Source of the DNA: Patescibacteria group bacterium
Lineage (GTDB): Bacteria; Patescibacteriota; Microgenomatia; UBA1406; GWC2-37-13
Direction: 5' to 3'
NCBI GenBank assembly: GCA_026416975.1
Contig: JAOAEC010000001.1
Coordinates: forward strand, 1-57,384
DNA length: 57,384 bases
How positions within the stretch are numbered: position 1 is the stretch's first letter; every line of letters starts with the position of its first letter. The translations under genes were made by a program, and so were the position numbers. The notes beneath the pieces are model-generated. The model was not told the origin of the DNA. It saw only the letters and a program-made list of their open reading frames with translations, and ran no database searches. Below, in pieces: positions 45,103-53,309 of this stretch.

Positions 45103-46902
45103 ATGAAAGATTTATTTTTAAAAGACTTAAATGAACAACAAAAGGCAGCGGTTTTAGCAGATAGAGGTCCTTGTTTAGTTTTGGCTGGAGCTGGTTCTGG
45201 TAAAACCAGAGTTTTAGTTTACAAAGTGATTTATTTAATCAAAAACAAAAACATCTCCTCTTCTTCAATTGTAATGATTACTTTTACCAATAAAGCAGCT
45301 TCAGAAATGAAAGAAAGAATTATTAATCAATTTTCTTGCCAAAGCTTAGGTTTTATTGGCACTTTTCACTCTTTTTGTGCTAAAATTTTGCGAAAAGAAG
45401 GTGAAAAAATTGGATTGAAAAAAGACTTTATTATTTATGATGAAAACGACCAATTAGATCTGATTAAAAAAATTTTGAAAAAGAATGATGGGAAAAAGCT
45501 TTCCCAAAATTACTTTCTTAATCAGATTTCTGCTGCTAAAAATATTTTAGTTTTTCCCGATAATTATTTATCTATTTTTAAAGATAGTAATGCTTTTGAA
45601 GTAAAAGAGATTTATCAAAAATATCAAAAAGAATTAAAAAAAAATCAGGCGGTTGATTTTGATGATTTGTTAGTTTTGACGGTGATACTTTTTCAAAAAA
45701 ATAAGGAAGTTTTAAAAAAATATCAAGAAAAATATCATTATTTTTTAGTTGATGAGTTTCAGGATACTAATTATGTTCAGTATCTTTTAACTCGTTTGTT
45801 GGCGGAAAAAGATAAAAATATTACTGTTGTTGGCGATTTTTCCCAAAGCATTTATTCGTGGCGAGGAGCTGATATTGAGAATTTAAAAAGATTTGAAAGA
45901 GATTTTTCGCCGATAAAGACTTTTTATTTGGAAGAAAACTATCGTTCAACCCAAAAGATTTTAGATTTTGCTTATAAAGTAATCGCTGAAAATCAAACCC
46001 ATCCGATATTAAATCTTTTTACCAAAAATAAGAAAGGAGAAGAGATAGTTTTTCAGAGATTAGAAAATGAAGAAAGAGAGGGAATCTTTATTGCAGAAGA
46101 GATTGTAAAGTTAATAAAAAACGGCTTTTCTCTTAAAGATTTTGCTGTTCTTTATCGATTAAACGCCCAATCAAGAGTGATTGAGGAGGCTTTTTTACAC
46201 CAAGGATTGTCATATTTGTTAATTGGCGGGACCAGGTTTTATGAAAGAAAAGAGATTAAAGATGTTTTGGCTTATCTGCGCTTATTGATTAATCCGCTAG
46301 ATTCAGTTAGTTTATCAAGAATAGAAAAATTAGGAAAAAAACGTTTTATAAATTTTAAGAATTATTATTTAGAGAACATAGATAAGATAAAAGAAAAAAC
46401 AACCATTGAATTAATGGAGGAAATTTTTGAAAAAACTGGTTATTTAAAGATTTATGATACTTTAGATGAAGAAGACTATAGTCGATTGGAAAATATTAAA
46501 GAACTAAAATCAGTGGCAGTTAATTTTCCCCAATTAACTGATTTTTTGGAACAAGTGGCATTGGTTGAGTCAGAGTATTTTGAAAAAGAAAGAGGAAAAA
46601 ATTATTATCAGCAAGAAGCAGTCAGGTTAATGACGCTTCATCAAGCCAAAGGGTTAGAGTTTCCTTTTGTTTTTATTGTCGGGGTAGAAGAGGGAATTTT
46701 ACCCCACTCTCGCAGTTTAGATGATTTATTTCAATTAGAAGAAGAAAGAAGGCTCTTTTATGTGGGAATTACTCGGGCAAAAACTAAACTTTATATTACT
46801 TTTACCAAACAACGTTTTCTTTTTGGACAACGAAGAGAAACAGTTGTTTCTCGATTTTTGAACCAATATTTAGATTTTTCTGATAATTTTTATTTTAGTT
46901 AG
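45103..46902 (+). CDS. UvrD/PcrA-family DNA helicase (short, ends soon after motif VI)
   Basis: It has AGAGSGKT, DEFQDTN, and LHQAKGLEF ... RRLFYVGITRAK. The ATG at 45103 is preferred over the GTG at 45085. Confidence 0.85.
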   Translation: MKDLFLKDLNEQQKAAVLADRGPCLVLAGAGSGKTRVLVYKVIYLIKNKNISSSSIVMITFTNKAASEMKERIINQFSCQSLGFIGTFHSFCAKILRKEGEKIGLKKDFIIYDENDQLDLIKKILKKNDGKKLSQNYFLNQISAAKNILVFPDNYLSIFKDSNAFEVKEIYQKYQKELKKNQAVDFDDLLVLTVILFQKNKEVLKKYQEKYHYFLVDEFQDTNYVQYLLTRLLAEKDKNITVVGDFSQSIYSWRGADIENLKRFERDFSPIKTFYLEENYRSTQKILDFAYKVIAENQTHPILNLFTKNKKGEEIVFQRLENEEREGIFIAEEIVKLIKNGFSLKDFAVLYRLNAQSRVIEEAFLHQGLSYLLIGGTRFYERKEIKDVLAYLRLLINPLDSVSLSRIEKLGKKRFINFKNYYLENIDKIKEKTTIELMEEIFEKTGYLKIYDTLDEEDYSRLENIKELKSVAVNFPQLTDFLEQVALVESEYFEKERGKNYYQQEAVRLMTLHQAKGLEFPFVFIVGVEEGILPHSRSLDDLFQLEEERRLFYVGITRAKTKLYITFTKQRFLFGQRRETVVSRFLNQYLDFSDNFYFS

Positions 46903-46992
46903 GGACTTCTTTCAGTGGTTACTTTTAACAAGTTGGCATAATAGATAATGAGTTTTCCAATTAATGACAGAGTGAATACATTTTTGGAGAAG

Positions 46993-47021
46993 TTGGCAAA
47001 CTTAATTATAATAGGTATAAT
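46993..47021 (+). promoter_or_regulatory. Candidate promoter for the acetyltransferase gene
   Basis: TTGGCA (46993-46998), a 17-nt spacer, then TATAAT (47016-47021). The ATG lies 9 nt further on (47030). Confidence 0.3.
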
Positions 47022-47029
47022 TGAGATTA

Positions 47030-47599
47030 ATGACTACGCAAGAGATTTTTAAAAAAGTTATTAATCGAATAAAAAATATTTTTTTGGAATTGGAAGTTTT
47101 TTTTCTCCATTTAATAGGTTTGGTTCCTTTTCATCACTTTCGCCGCTTTTTCTATCGCTTAGCTGGAATTAAAATTGGCAGAGGATCAGCTATTCATATG
47201 GGGGCTGTTTTTTATGAACCAAAAAATATTATTATTGGTGAAGATACAATTGTGGGAGAAAAAGCGGTTTTAGATGGAAGAGACAAATTGATAATCGGTA
47301 ATCATACCGCCATTGCTTCTGAGGTGATGATTTATAACAGCGAACATAATATAAACGATGAAAACTTTAGAGCGATAACTGAGCCAGTAGTAATTGAAGA
47401 CTATTGTTTTATTGGTCCGCGGACAATTATTTTGCCGGGAGTTACTGTTGGTAAAGGAGCGATTGTTGCTGCTGGATCAGTAGTAACAAAAGATGTTCCT
47501 CCTTATGCTATTGTTGGCGGTGTGCCGGCAAAAATTATCGGTGAACGAAAACTCAAAAATTTACATTATAAACTTGGTCGAGCAAGGTGGTTTAGATAA
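47030..47599 (+). CDS. Hexapeptide-repeat (left-handed beta-helix) acetyltransferase with an N-terminal hydrophobic segment
   Basis: It has [51 protein letters not shown] and VGGVPAK. Confidence 0.8.
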   Translation: MTTQEIFKKVINRIKNIFLELEVFFLHLIGLVPFHHFRRFFYRLAGIKIGRGSAIHMGAVFYEPKNIIIGEDTIVGEKAVLDGRDKLIIGNHTAIASEVMIYNSEHNINDENFRAITEPVVIEDYCFIGPRTIILPGVTVGKGAIVAAGSVVTKDVPPYAIVGGVPAKIIGERKLKNLHYKLGRARWFR

Positions 47600-47600
47600 T

Positions 47601-49004
47601 TTAATCAGCTGTTCCCACTAAAAAAACTGCTTGCCAAGGTTTGTAGACTGAGAAAAAGTCTTTTTCAAAAATTATTTCTCCGTTTTTAATCACTTTATAG
47701 TGAAAGTTAGCTTTTCCTCCCCAGGCGGGAAAATCAATCTGTTTAATAACGTCTTTTTTTAAAGTCGGATCATCTTGATATTTAGGTTCTGGCGGCAGGA
47801 CAACGTCCCAAAGAATCGGTTGGCTCATTTCTATTTTTCGGCCGTCTTTTTTCCCGTATAAATAAAAATAGAGAAGATTATTTTGTTTATCAACCTCTGT
47901 CTGAATTAAGATATAGGCTGGCGTATTGTTTTCAATTTTTAAATCAATTGACGGAGCAAAAACAGTGGCATCAAGACCAGGTTTAGCATCGTTTTCATAA
48001 TAAGAAACTCGGTAAGCATGAGAATGACGTTCAACAATAGGAAGACCAGCATTTAAAGCAGCTCGAAAAAGAGTGGTTGATATTTGGCAAATCCCGCCGC
48101 CATCTCCTAAAACAGTTTTTCCATTTTTAATAATATAAGCCGGTTTATAACCGGTTAAAGAAGAAACATCACCAATAGTTTTATTAAAAGAAAGAATCTC
48201 GCCTTTTTTTATTAAAATTCCATTAAATTTTGAACTACCAAGGATGATATTGTGAATTCTTTCAGGAATTGAATGAGAAAAATTTGATTGACCTTGACCA
48301 ATTAATTCTTCAATTCCAAATTTGTTGGAAGAGGCTAAAGTTATTTCGGGTTGAATTATTTGATAAGTTAGATTAATTTTTTTTTGGAAAGGCTGATTTT
48401 TTATTTGAAAAATAGTTTTATCAAAATCGGTTAAAAATTTTTCCTCTTCAATTTGAAGACCGTTTTTTTCTTTTTGAAAGGCAGTAACCTTACCGTTTTC
48501 AAATTTAAAAAGAGCGTTTTTTGCCGGATACTGATATTTTTCTTTTAAAATATTTAAGTATTCCTTAACTGTTTGTTTATCATAAGAAGGATATATAAAA
48601 ATAGAAAAAGATTTTTTTAAAAAAATTGTGGCGATTTGTTGGTAAAAACGAGAAGGAAAATGTTTAGAACGGCCAATAAGAAAGGCTCTTTCAGCTGCTC
48701 CTTGACTATCATAATGAAGATTAATTTGATGAGCGGAAAAGGTAGCAACGACATCATTTTTAAAAACGATAGAAAATTGATACTTTTGCAGTTTTTTATT
48801 TTCTTTGTCAAAAAAAGCTTTAACTTTAGATTTATCTTTTTTTCCAAAATTAATTCCATTAATTAAAACATAAGGATAAATTTTATTTTCAAAAGCCTGA
48901 TTTTTTTTAAAGAAAAACAAAATAAAAAAGACTAAAGAAAAAATAAAAAGAATGATTAATATTATTAACGATAAATTTATAATTTTTATTTTTTTTGCTA
49001 TCAT
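47601..49004 (-). CDS. VanW-domain protein (membrane-anchored)
   Basis: It has an N-terminal TM and the motif GGGICQISTTLFRAALNAGLPIVERHSHAYRVSYY. Confidence 0.8.
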   Translation of the reverse strand: MIAKKIKIINLSLIILIILFIFSLVFFILFFFKKNQAFENKIYPYVLINGINFGKKDKSKVKAFFDKENKKLQKYQFSIVFKNDVVATFSAHQINLHYDSQGAAERAFLIGRSKHFPSRFYQQIATIFLKKSFSIFIYPSYDKQTVKEYLNILKEKYQYPAKNALFKFENGKVTAFQKEKNGLQIEEEKFLTDFDKTIFQIKNQPFQKKINLTYQIIQPEITLASSNKFGIEELIGQGQSNFSHSIPERIHNIILGSSKFNGILIKKGEILSFNKTIGDVSSLTGYKPAYIIKNGKTVLGDGGGICQISTTLFRAALNAGLPIVERHSHAYRVSYYENDAKPGLDATVFAPSIDLKIENNTPAYILIQTEVDKQNNLLYFYLYGKKDGRKIEMSQPILWDVVLPPEPKYQDDPTLKKDVIKQIDFPAWGGKANFHYKVIKNGEIIFEKDFFSVYKPWQAVFLVGTAD

Positions 49005-49011
49005 AGATGTT

Positions 49012-50481
49012 ATGAATGATAATATAAAAGATGAGGAAAAAAATCAATTACCACCAATTTTTGAAACAGTGCCGGTAGATGAGAATCTCCAACCGGAAGA
49101 GGTATCACCAGAAGTGGCAACACCAACAGTAGAAGAAGTGGCCAGTGCCGGTCCAGAAACCATAGAGGAAGCACCACCCTTGGTTTATGAAACCAACAAA
49201 TCCAAATATTTTATTATTATTGGAGCCACGATTTTATTTTTTTTTCTATTAATCTTTTTTTTAAAAGCGATATTTAGCGGATCTAAAAAACCTAAACCTA
49301 TTAGTTTAACCTATTGGGGATTGTGGGAAGAAAAAGAAATTTTTGCTCCTTTAATCTCTTTATATCAGCAAAAAAATTCTCACATAAAGATTAACTATGA
49401 AAAAATGTCACCAATTGATTATAAAGATAGATTATTAGCGAGGAGTAAAAATAATCAAGGTCCGGATATTTTTCGCTTTCATAATACTTGGTTGCCCCAA
49501 TTAAGAGAAGTGGCTGCTCCTTTACCAGAAACGGTTTTAACTTCTCAAGAATTTGAAAAGATTTTTTTCCCGGTTCATCAAAAAGATTTAAAAATTGGTA
49601 ATCATTATTATGGTATTCCTTTAATGATTGACGGTTTGGTTTTAATTTATAACCAAGATCTTTTTGAAAAAGCTGGTATTAATACTTCGCCGACTAATTG
49701 GGACGAGATTAATGAGATGGTTTCTAAATTGACAGTAAAAGATATTAATGGTCAATTATTGACAGCCGGTATTGCTTTGGGAACTGCCTCTAATGTAGAA
49801 CATTTTTCTGATATTTTTGGTTTAATGCTTTTACAAAACGGTGGCGATTTAAAAAATTTAGATCAGCCAGAAGCTGCCGGCGCTTTAGAGAGTTATCGGA
49901 AATTTGCTGAGCCGCCTAATGATTTTTGGAATGAACAGATGCCTAATTCAATTACTGCCTTTATTCAAGAAAAGGTGGCAATGATTATTGTTCCTTCATG
50001 GGAGATTTTAGTGATAAAAAGTGCTAATCCTGATTTAAAGATCAAAGTAGTACCAGTGCCACAAGTACCAGGAGGAAAACCGGTTTCTTTAGCTTCTTAT
50101 TGGGTTGAAGGAGTTTCTCGTTATAGTAAAAATCAGATAGAAGCTTGGAAGTTTTTGAAGTTTCTCTCGGAAAAAGAGAATTTAGCTAAACTTTATCAGA
50201 GCGAGTCGCAGAATCGTCTTTTTGGCGAAGCTTATTCTCGCGTTGATATGAGTTCGTTATTGTCTCAGAATGAATATTTAGGAGCGGTGATTAAACAAAC
50301 GGAATATTATGTGTCTCTTCCTTTAATTTCTCGCACATTTGATAATGGTTTAAATGATCAGATAATTCAATACTTAGAGAACGCAATTAATAGCACGATT
50401 CAGGGGGTAGCTTATAACGAAGCATTAAATACTGCTAAAAAAGGAATTGATCAAATTTTTTCTCAATATAAAATTGAATAA
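49012..50481 (+). CDS. Family 1 extracellular solute-binding protein, TM-anchored with an acidic/proline-rich cytoplasmic N-terminus
   Basis: It has LTYWGLWEE ... IKINYEKM ... GPDIFRFHN.W. The ATG at 49012 is preferred over the ORF start at 48952. No permease or ATPase genes are adjacent. Confidence 0.7.
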   Translation: MNDNIKDEEKNQLPPIFETVPVDENLQPEEVSPEVATPTVEEVASAGPETIEEAPPLVYETNKSKYFIIIGATILFFFLLIFFLKAIFSGSKKPKPISLTYWGLWEEKEIFAPLISLYQQKNSHIKINYEKMSPIDYKDRLLARSKNNQGPDIFRFHNTWLPQLREVAAPLPETVLTSQEFEKIFFPVHQKDLKIGNHYYGIPLMIDGLVLIYNQDLFEKAGINTSPTNWDEINEMVSKLTVKDINGQLLTAGIALGTASNVEHFSDIFGLMLLQNGGDLKNLDQPEAAGALESYRKFAEPPNDFWNEQMPNSITAFIQEKVAMIIVPSWEILVIKSANPDLKIKVVPVPQVPGGKPVSLASYWVEGVSRYSKNQIEAWKFLKFLSEKENLAKLYQSESQNRLFGEAYSRVDMSSLLSQNEYLGAVIKQTEYYVSLPLISRTFDNGLNDQIIQYLENAINSTIQGVAYNEALNTAKKGIDQIFSQYKIE

Positions 50482-50487
50482 TAAAAT

Positions 50488-52494
50488 ATGAGATTATTGA
50501 ATTTTTTTTCTAAAAATAAAAATGAGATCTATTTAGCTATCTTTTTAAAAGAGGAAGAAGGAAGATTAATTGTTCTTAAATCCAATAATCAGAAGATGAT
50601 TATTTTAGAATTAAGAAAATTTTTTTATAGTAATGGTTGGGAGAATTTACCGGAAGATATTGATGAAATTCTTTTTCAAATAGAAAGCCAAACAAAAACA
50701 AAGATAAAAAAAACAATTTTTTTCTTATTTTCTCATTTAGTAGAGATAGGTGGTCATAAAATTAAAGAACCTTATTTAACCAAAATTAAGGAGATTATTA
50801 AAGGATTAGAATTAATCCCTTTAGGTTTTGTTGATTGTCAGGAAGCGATAAGTAATCAATTAGCCAAAGAAGAAGGAGTTGGGTTGACAGCTATTTTATT
50901 GGAAATAGACAAAACTAATTTAACCGCTTTAATTTATAAAGGTGGGCAGTTAAAAGGAGTAAAAACTGTTTCCCGTACCAATGACTTTTTAGAAGATTTA
51001 ATATTGCTTTTGAGCGATTTTAAAAAAGAGATGATCTTACCATCAAGAATTATTCTTTACAACTCTAATGATTTAGATGACAAAATGAATAGAATTTTAA
51101 CTTATCGGTGGCAGGAAAATATTTTTGTTCAGTTACCTAAGGTGGAGATTTTACCGGAAAAAAAGGTTATTCAAGAGTTAATTAATGTTTTTGAGAATCA
51201 GATAAATTTTCAAGAAGAAGGAATAATATCAGAGAGAGTAGAAAAAAAAGAGGAGGTAATGGGTTTTGTTATTGGTGGAGATATTAAAGAAGAAGAAATT
51301 GAGAACAAAAAAACAAAAAAAGAATCTCTTTTTAAAAAAAAGACAATTAATTTCTTAAATTTTTTTTCTCATTTTAGTTTGCCAAAAATTTCTTGGTCAA
51401 AAAAAAGTTATTTAATTTTAGGTGGGATTTTAATTATTAGCGCTTTATTTTTGAATGAGTTTTTTTTTCATAAAGCTTCTTTAACAATTTTTATTCCCAC
51501 ACAAACAATAAAAAAAGAATTAATGATAAAAAATTTAGCAATAAAAACAAAAGAAACAAAGATTGAGTTAAAAAGACAAAAGGAGACGACGGGAAAAAAA
51601 TTAATTGGTGAGAGAGCTAAAGGAGAGGTGATTATTTATAATTTTGACAAAGAAAAAATTTTTGAAAAAGGAACAGTTTTAGAAACAGAAGGGATAAAAT
51701 TTACTATTGAAGAGGAGGTCAAAGTAGCTTCAGCCTCTTTAACCAGCGATGGCTCAGCTAAATTACCAGGAAAAGCAAAAGTAAAGGTTTTAGCCAAAGA
51801 GATTGGAAAACAGGGAAACATAAGTAAAGGAAAAACATTTAAGTTTTTAGATTTAGATCCGGAAACTTATTTTGCTAAAAACGAGATCTCTTTTTCTGAT
51901 GGTTTAGAAAAAGAGGTGCGGACTGTTGATAAAAAAGATATTGAGACGTTAAAAGAAGCTGTTTTTGAAGAAGCAAAGAAAGGTAAATCAGTAATAAAAT
52001 TAGCAAAAAATGAAAGATTAATTGAATCTTTAACAGAACTTAAGTTTGATGAATTAAAATTTTCTAAAGAAATAGGTGAAGAAGGTTCAGTAATTGATCT
52101 TTCAGCCATAATTTCAACAATTTATTATTTTTATAATAACGATGAGTTAATTAATTTAATTTATCCCTTTTTAAATAAAGAAATTAGTAAAGACTTTTTA
52201 TTAAAAAAAGAAAAAATTAGCTATCAAATTAAAGATGTTTTAAAAGAAGATGGAAAAATTTATCTTTCTTTATTAACCGAAGGTAGAGGAATAAAAAAAA
52301 TTAATGAAGAAGAAATTTATTATTATCTTTTGGGAAAAGAAGAAAAAGATTGGCAAAATTTTTTAAAAACAAAAGCTTTTGTTGCTGGTTATAAATTAAA
52401 TAATAACAATAATCAGATTCCAATTCCTTTTTTGAAAAATCGGCTTCCCTTTTTTAAAAAAAACTTAGAATTGAAAATTGCTGAATTTAAATAA
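50488..52494 (+). CDS. Bitopic membrane protein: ~300-aa cytoplasmic domain with a weak actin-like (FtsA/PilM-like) pattern, one TM, and a ~340-aa extracytoplasmic beta-rich domain
   Basis: LIPLGFVDCQEAISN....GVGLTAILLEIDKTNLTALIYKGGQL resembles the second actin-fold phosphate loop but is degenerate. The TM is LILGGILIISALFL. The GERAKGEVIIYN ... GKAKVKVLAKEIGKQGNI pattern is reminiscent of baseplate-J-like beta domains. Confidence 0.35.
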   Translation: MRLLNFFSKNKNEIYLAIFLKEEEGRLIVLKSNNQKMIILELRKFFYSNGWENLPEDIDEILFQIESQTKTKIKKTIFFLFSHLVEIGGHKIKEPYLTKIKEIIKGLELIPLGFVDCQEAISNQLAKEEGVGLTAILLEIDKTNLTALIYKGGQLKGVKTVSRTNDFLEDLILLLSDFKKEMILPSRIILYNSNDLDDKMNRILTYRWQENIFVQLPKVEILPEKKVIQELINVFENQINFQEEGIISERVEKKEEVMGFVIGGDIKEEEIENKKTKKESLFKKKTINFLNFFSHFSLPKISWSKKSYLILGGILIISALFLNEFFFHKASLTIFIPTQTIKKELMIKNLAIKTKETKIELKRQKETTGKKLIGERAKGEVIIYNFDKEKIFEKGTVLETEGIKFTIEEEVKVASASLTSDGSAKLPGKAKVKVLAKEIGKQGNISKGKTFKFLDLDPETYFAKNEISFSDGLEKEVRTVDKKDIETLKEAVFEEAKKGKSVIKLAKNERLIESLTELKFDELKFSKEIGEEGSVIDLSAIISTIYYFYNNDELINLIYPFLNKEISKDFLLKKEKISYQIKDVLKEDGKIYLSLLTEGRGIKKINEEEIYYYLLGKEEKDWQNFLKTKAFVAGYKLNNNNNQIPIPFLKNRLPFFKKNLELKIAEFK

Positions 52495-52518
52495 AATTTT
52501 TATTTTATATTTTAAAAT

Positions 52519-53259
52519 ATGGCTTTGTATATTTATTTAAAAGAAAATAATTCTTACAAAAGAAAAATAATTAATTATTTTTCTTATGTTTCTTTAATTC
52601 TTGGTGGTCTTCTTCTTTTTTGGTCATTTTATCCAATTTTATTTTTTGAAGCTTATTCTCGTTTTTTTATTCAACAAAAGATTCAGACGCCAATTCCTCG
52701 TTCTGAGATGGTTTCTTCTTTAGAAACAGCTAGTTCGGTTTTGGGCGATTTTAGTCAGTTCTCCAATAATCTTCGTGAATTTATTCAGGCTAGTTTGTGG
52801 TTTCCCGATCGTCAACAGGAAAATTTAAATTATCATTCTGATATAAAAGAATATTTTTTAACCATTCCTAAATTGAACATTAAAGAAGCAAAGGTAGTGG
52901 TTGGCGGCGAAGATTTAAGTAAAAGCTTAATTCATTATTTACCGGAAAGTTTACCAGGAGAATATGGTAATGTGGTTATTTTTGGTCATTCCACTTTGCC
53001 ACAACTTTATAATCCTAAAGATTATAAAACAATCTTTACCCATTTGCCTTCTTTGGAAAAAGGAGATAAAATCTTGATTAAAATAAGAGATTTAGAGTAT
53101 GAATATGAGGTTTTTGATATGTTTGTGGTTGAACCGGATAAGGTTTCGGTTCTTGATCAAAAAAAAGATGCTTCTTATCTAACTTTAATTACCTGTGTGC
53201 CGCCGGGTACTTATTGGAAAAGGTTGGTAATCAGAGCTAAATTAACAAGGCTGCCTTAA
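52519..53259 (+). CDS. Sortase family transpeptidase
   Basis: It has an N-terminal TM, LTIPKLNI, GNVVIFGHS (catalytic His), LTLITC (TLxTC Cys) and RLVIRAKL (Arg). Confidence 0.8.
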   Translation: MALYIYLKENNSYKRKIINYFSYVSLILGGLLLFWSFYPILFFEAYSRFFIQQKIQTPIPRSEMVSSLETASSVLGDFSQFSNNLREFIQASLWFPDRQQENLNYHSDIKEYFLTIPKLNIKEAKVVVGGEDLSKSLIHYLPESLPGEYGNVVIFGHSTLPQLYNPKDYKTIFTHLPSLEKGDKILIKIRDLEYEYEVFDMFVVEPDKVSVLDQKKDASYLTLITCVPPGTYWKRLVIRAKLTRLP

Positions 53260-53309
53260 TTTTAAAGTAATTTTTTAAGATTGATTTATCCTATAATATG
53301 TGATAAAAT

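Noticed and set aside
46930-46998. Direct 9-nt repeat AAGTTGGCA (46930-46938 and 46990-46998) as a regulator binding site
   Set aside because: There are only two copies. The second coincides with a -35-like TTGGCA, and there is no palindromic structure. Evidence is insufficient beyond the promoter call.
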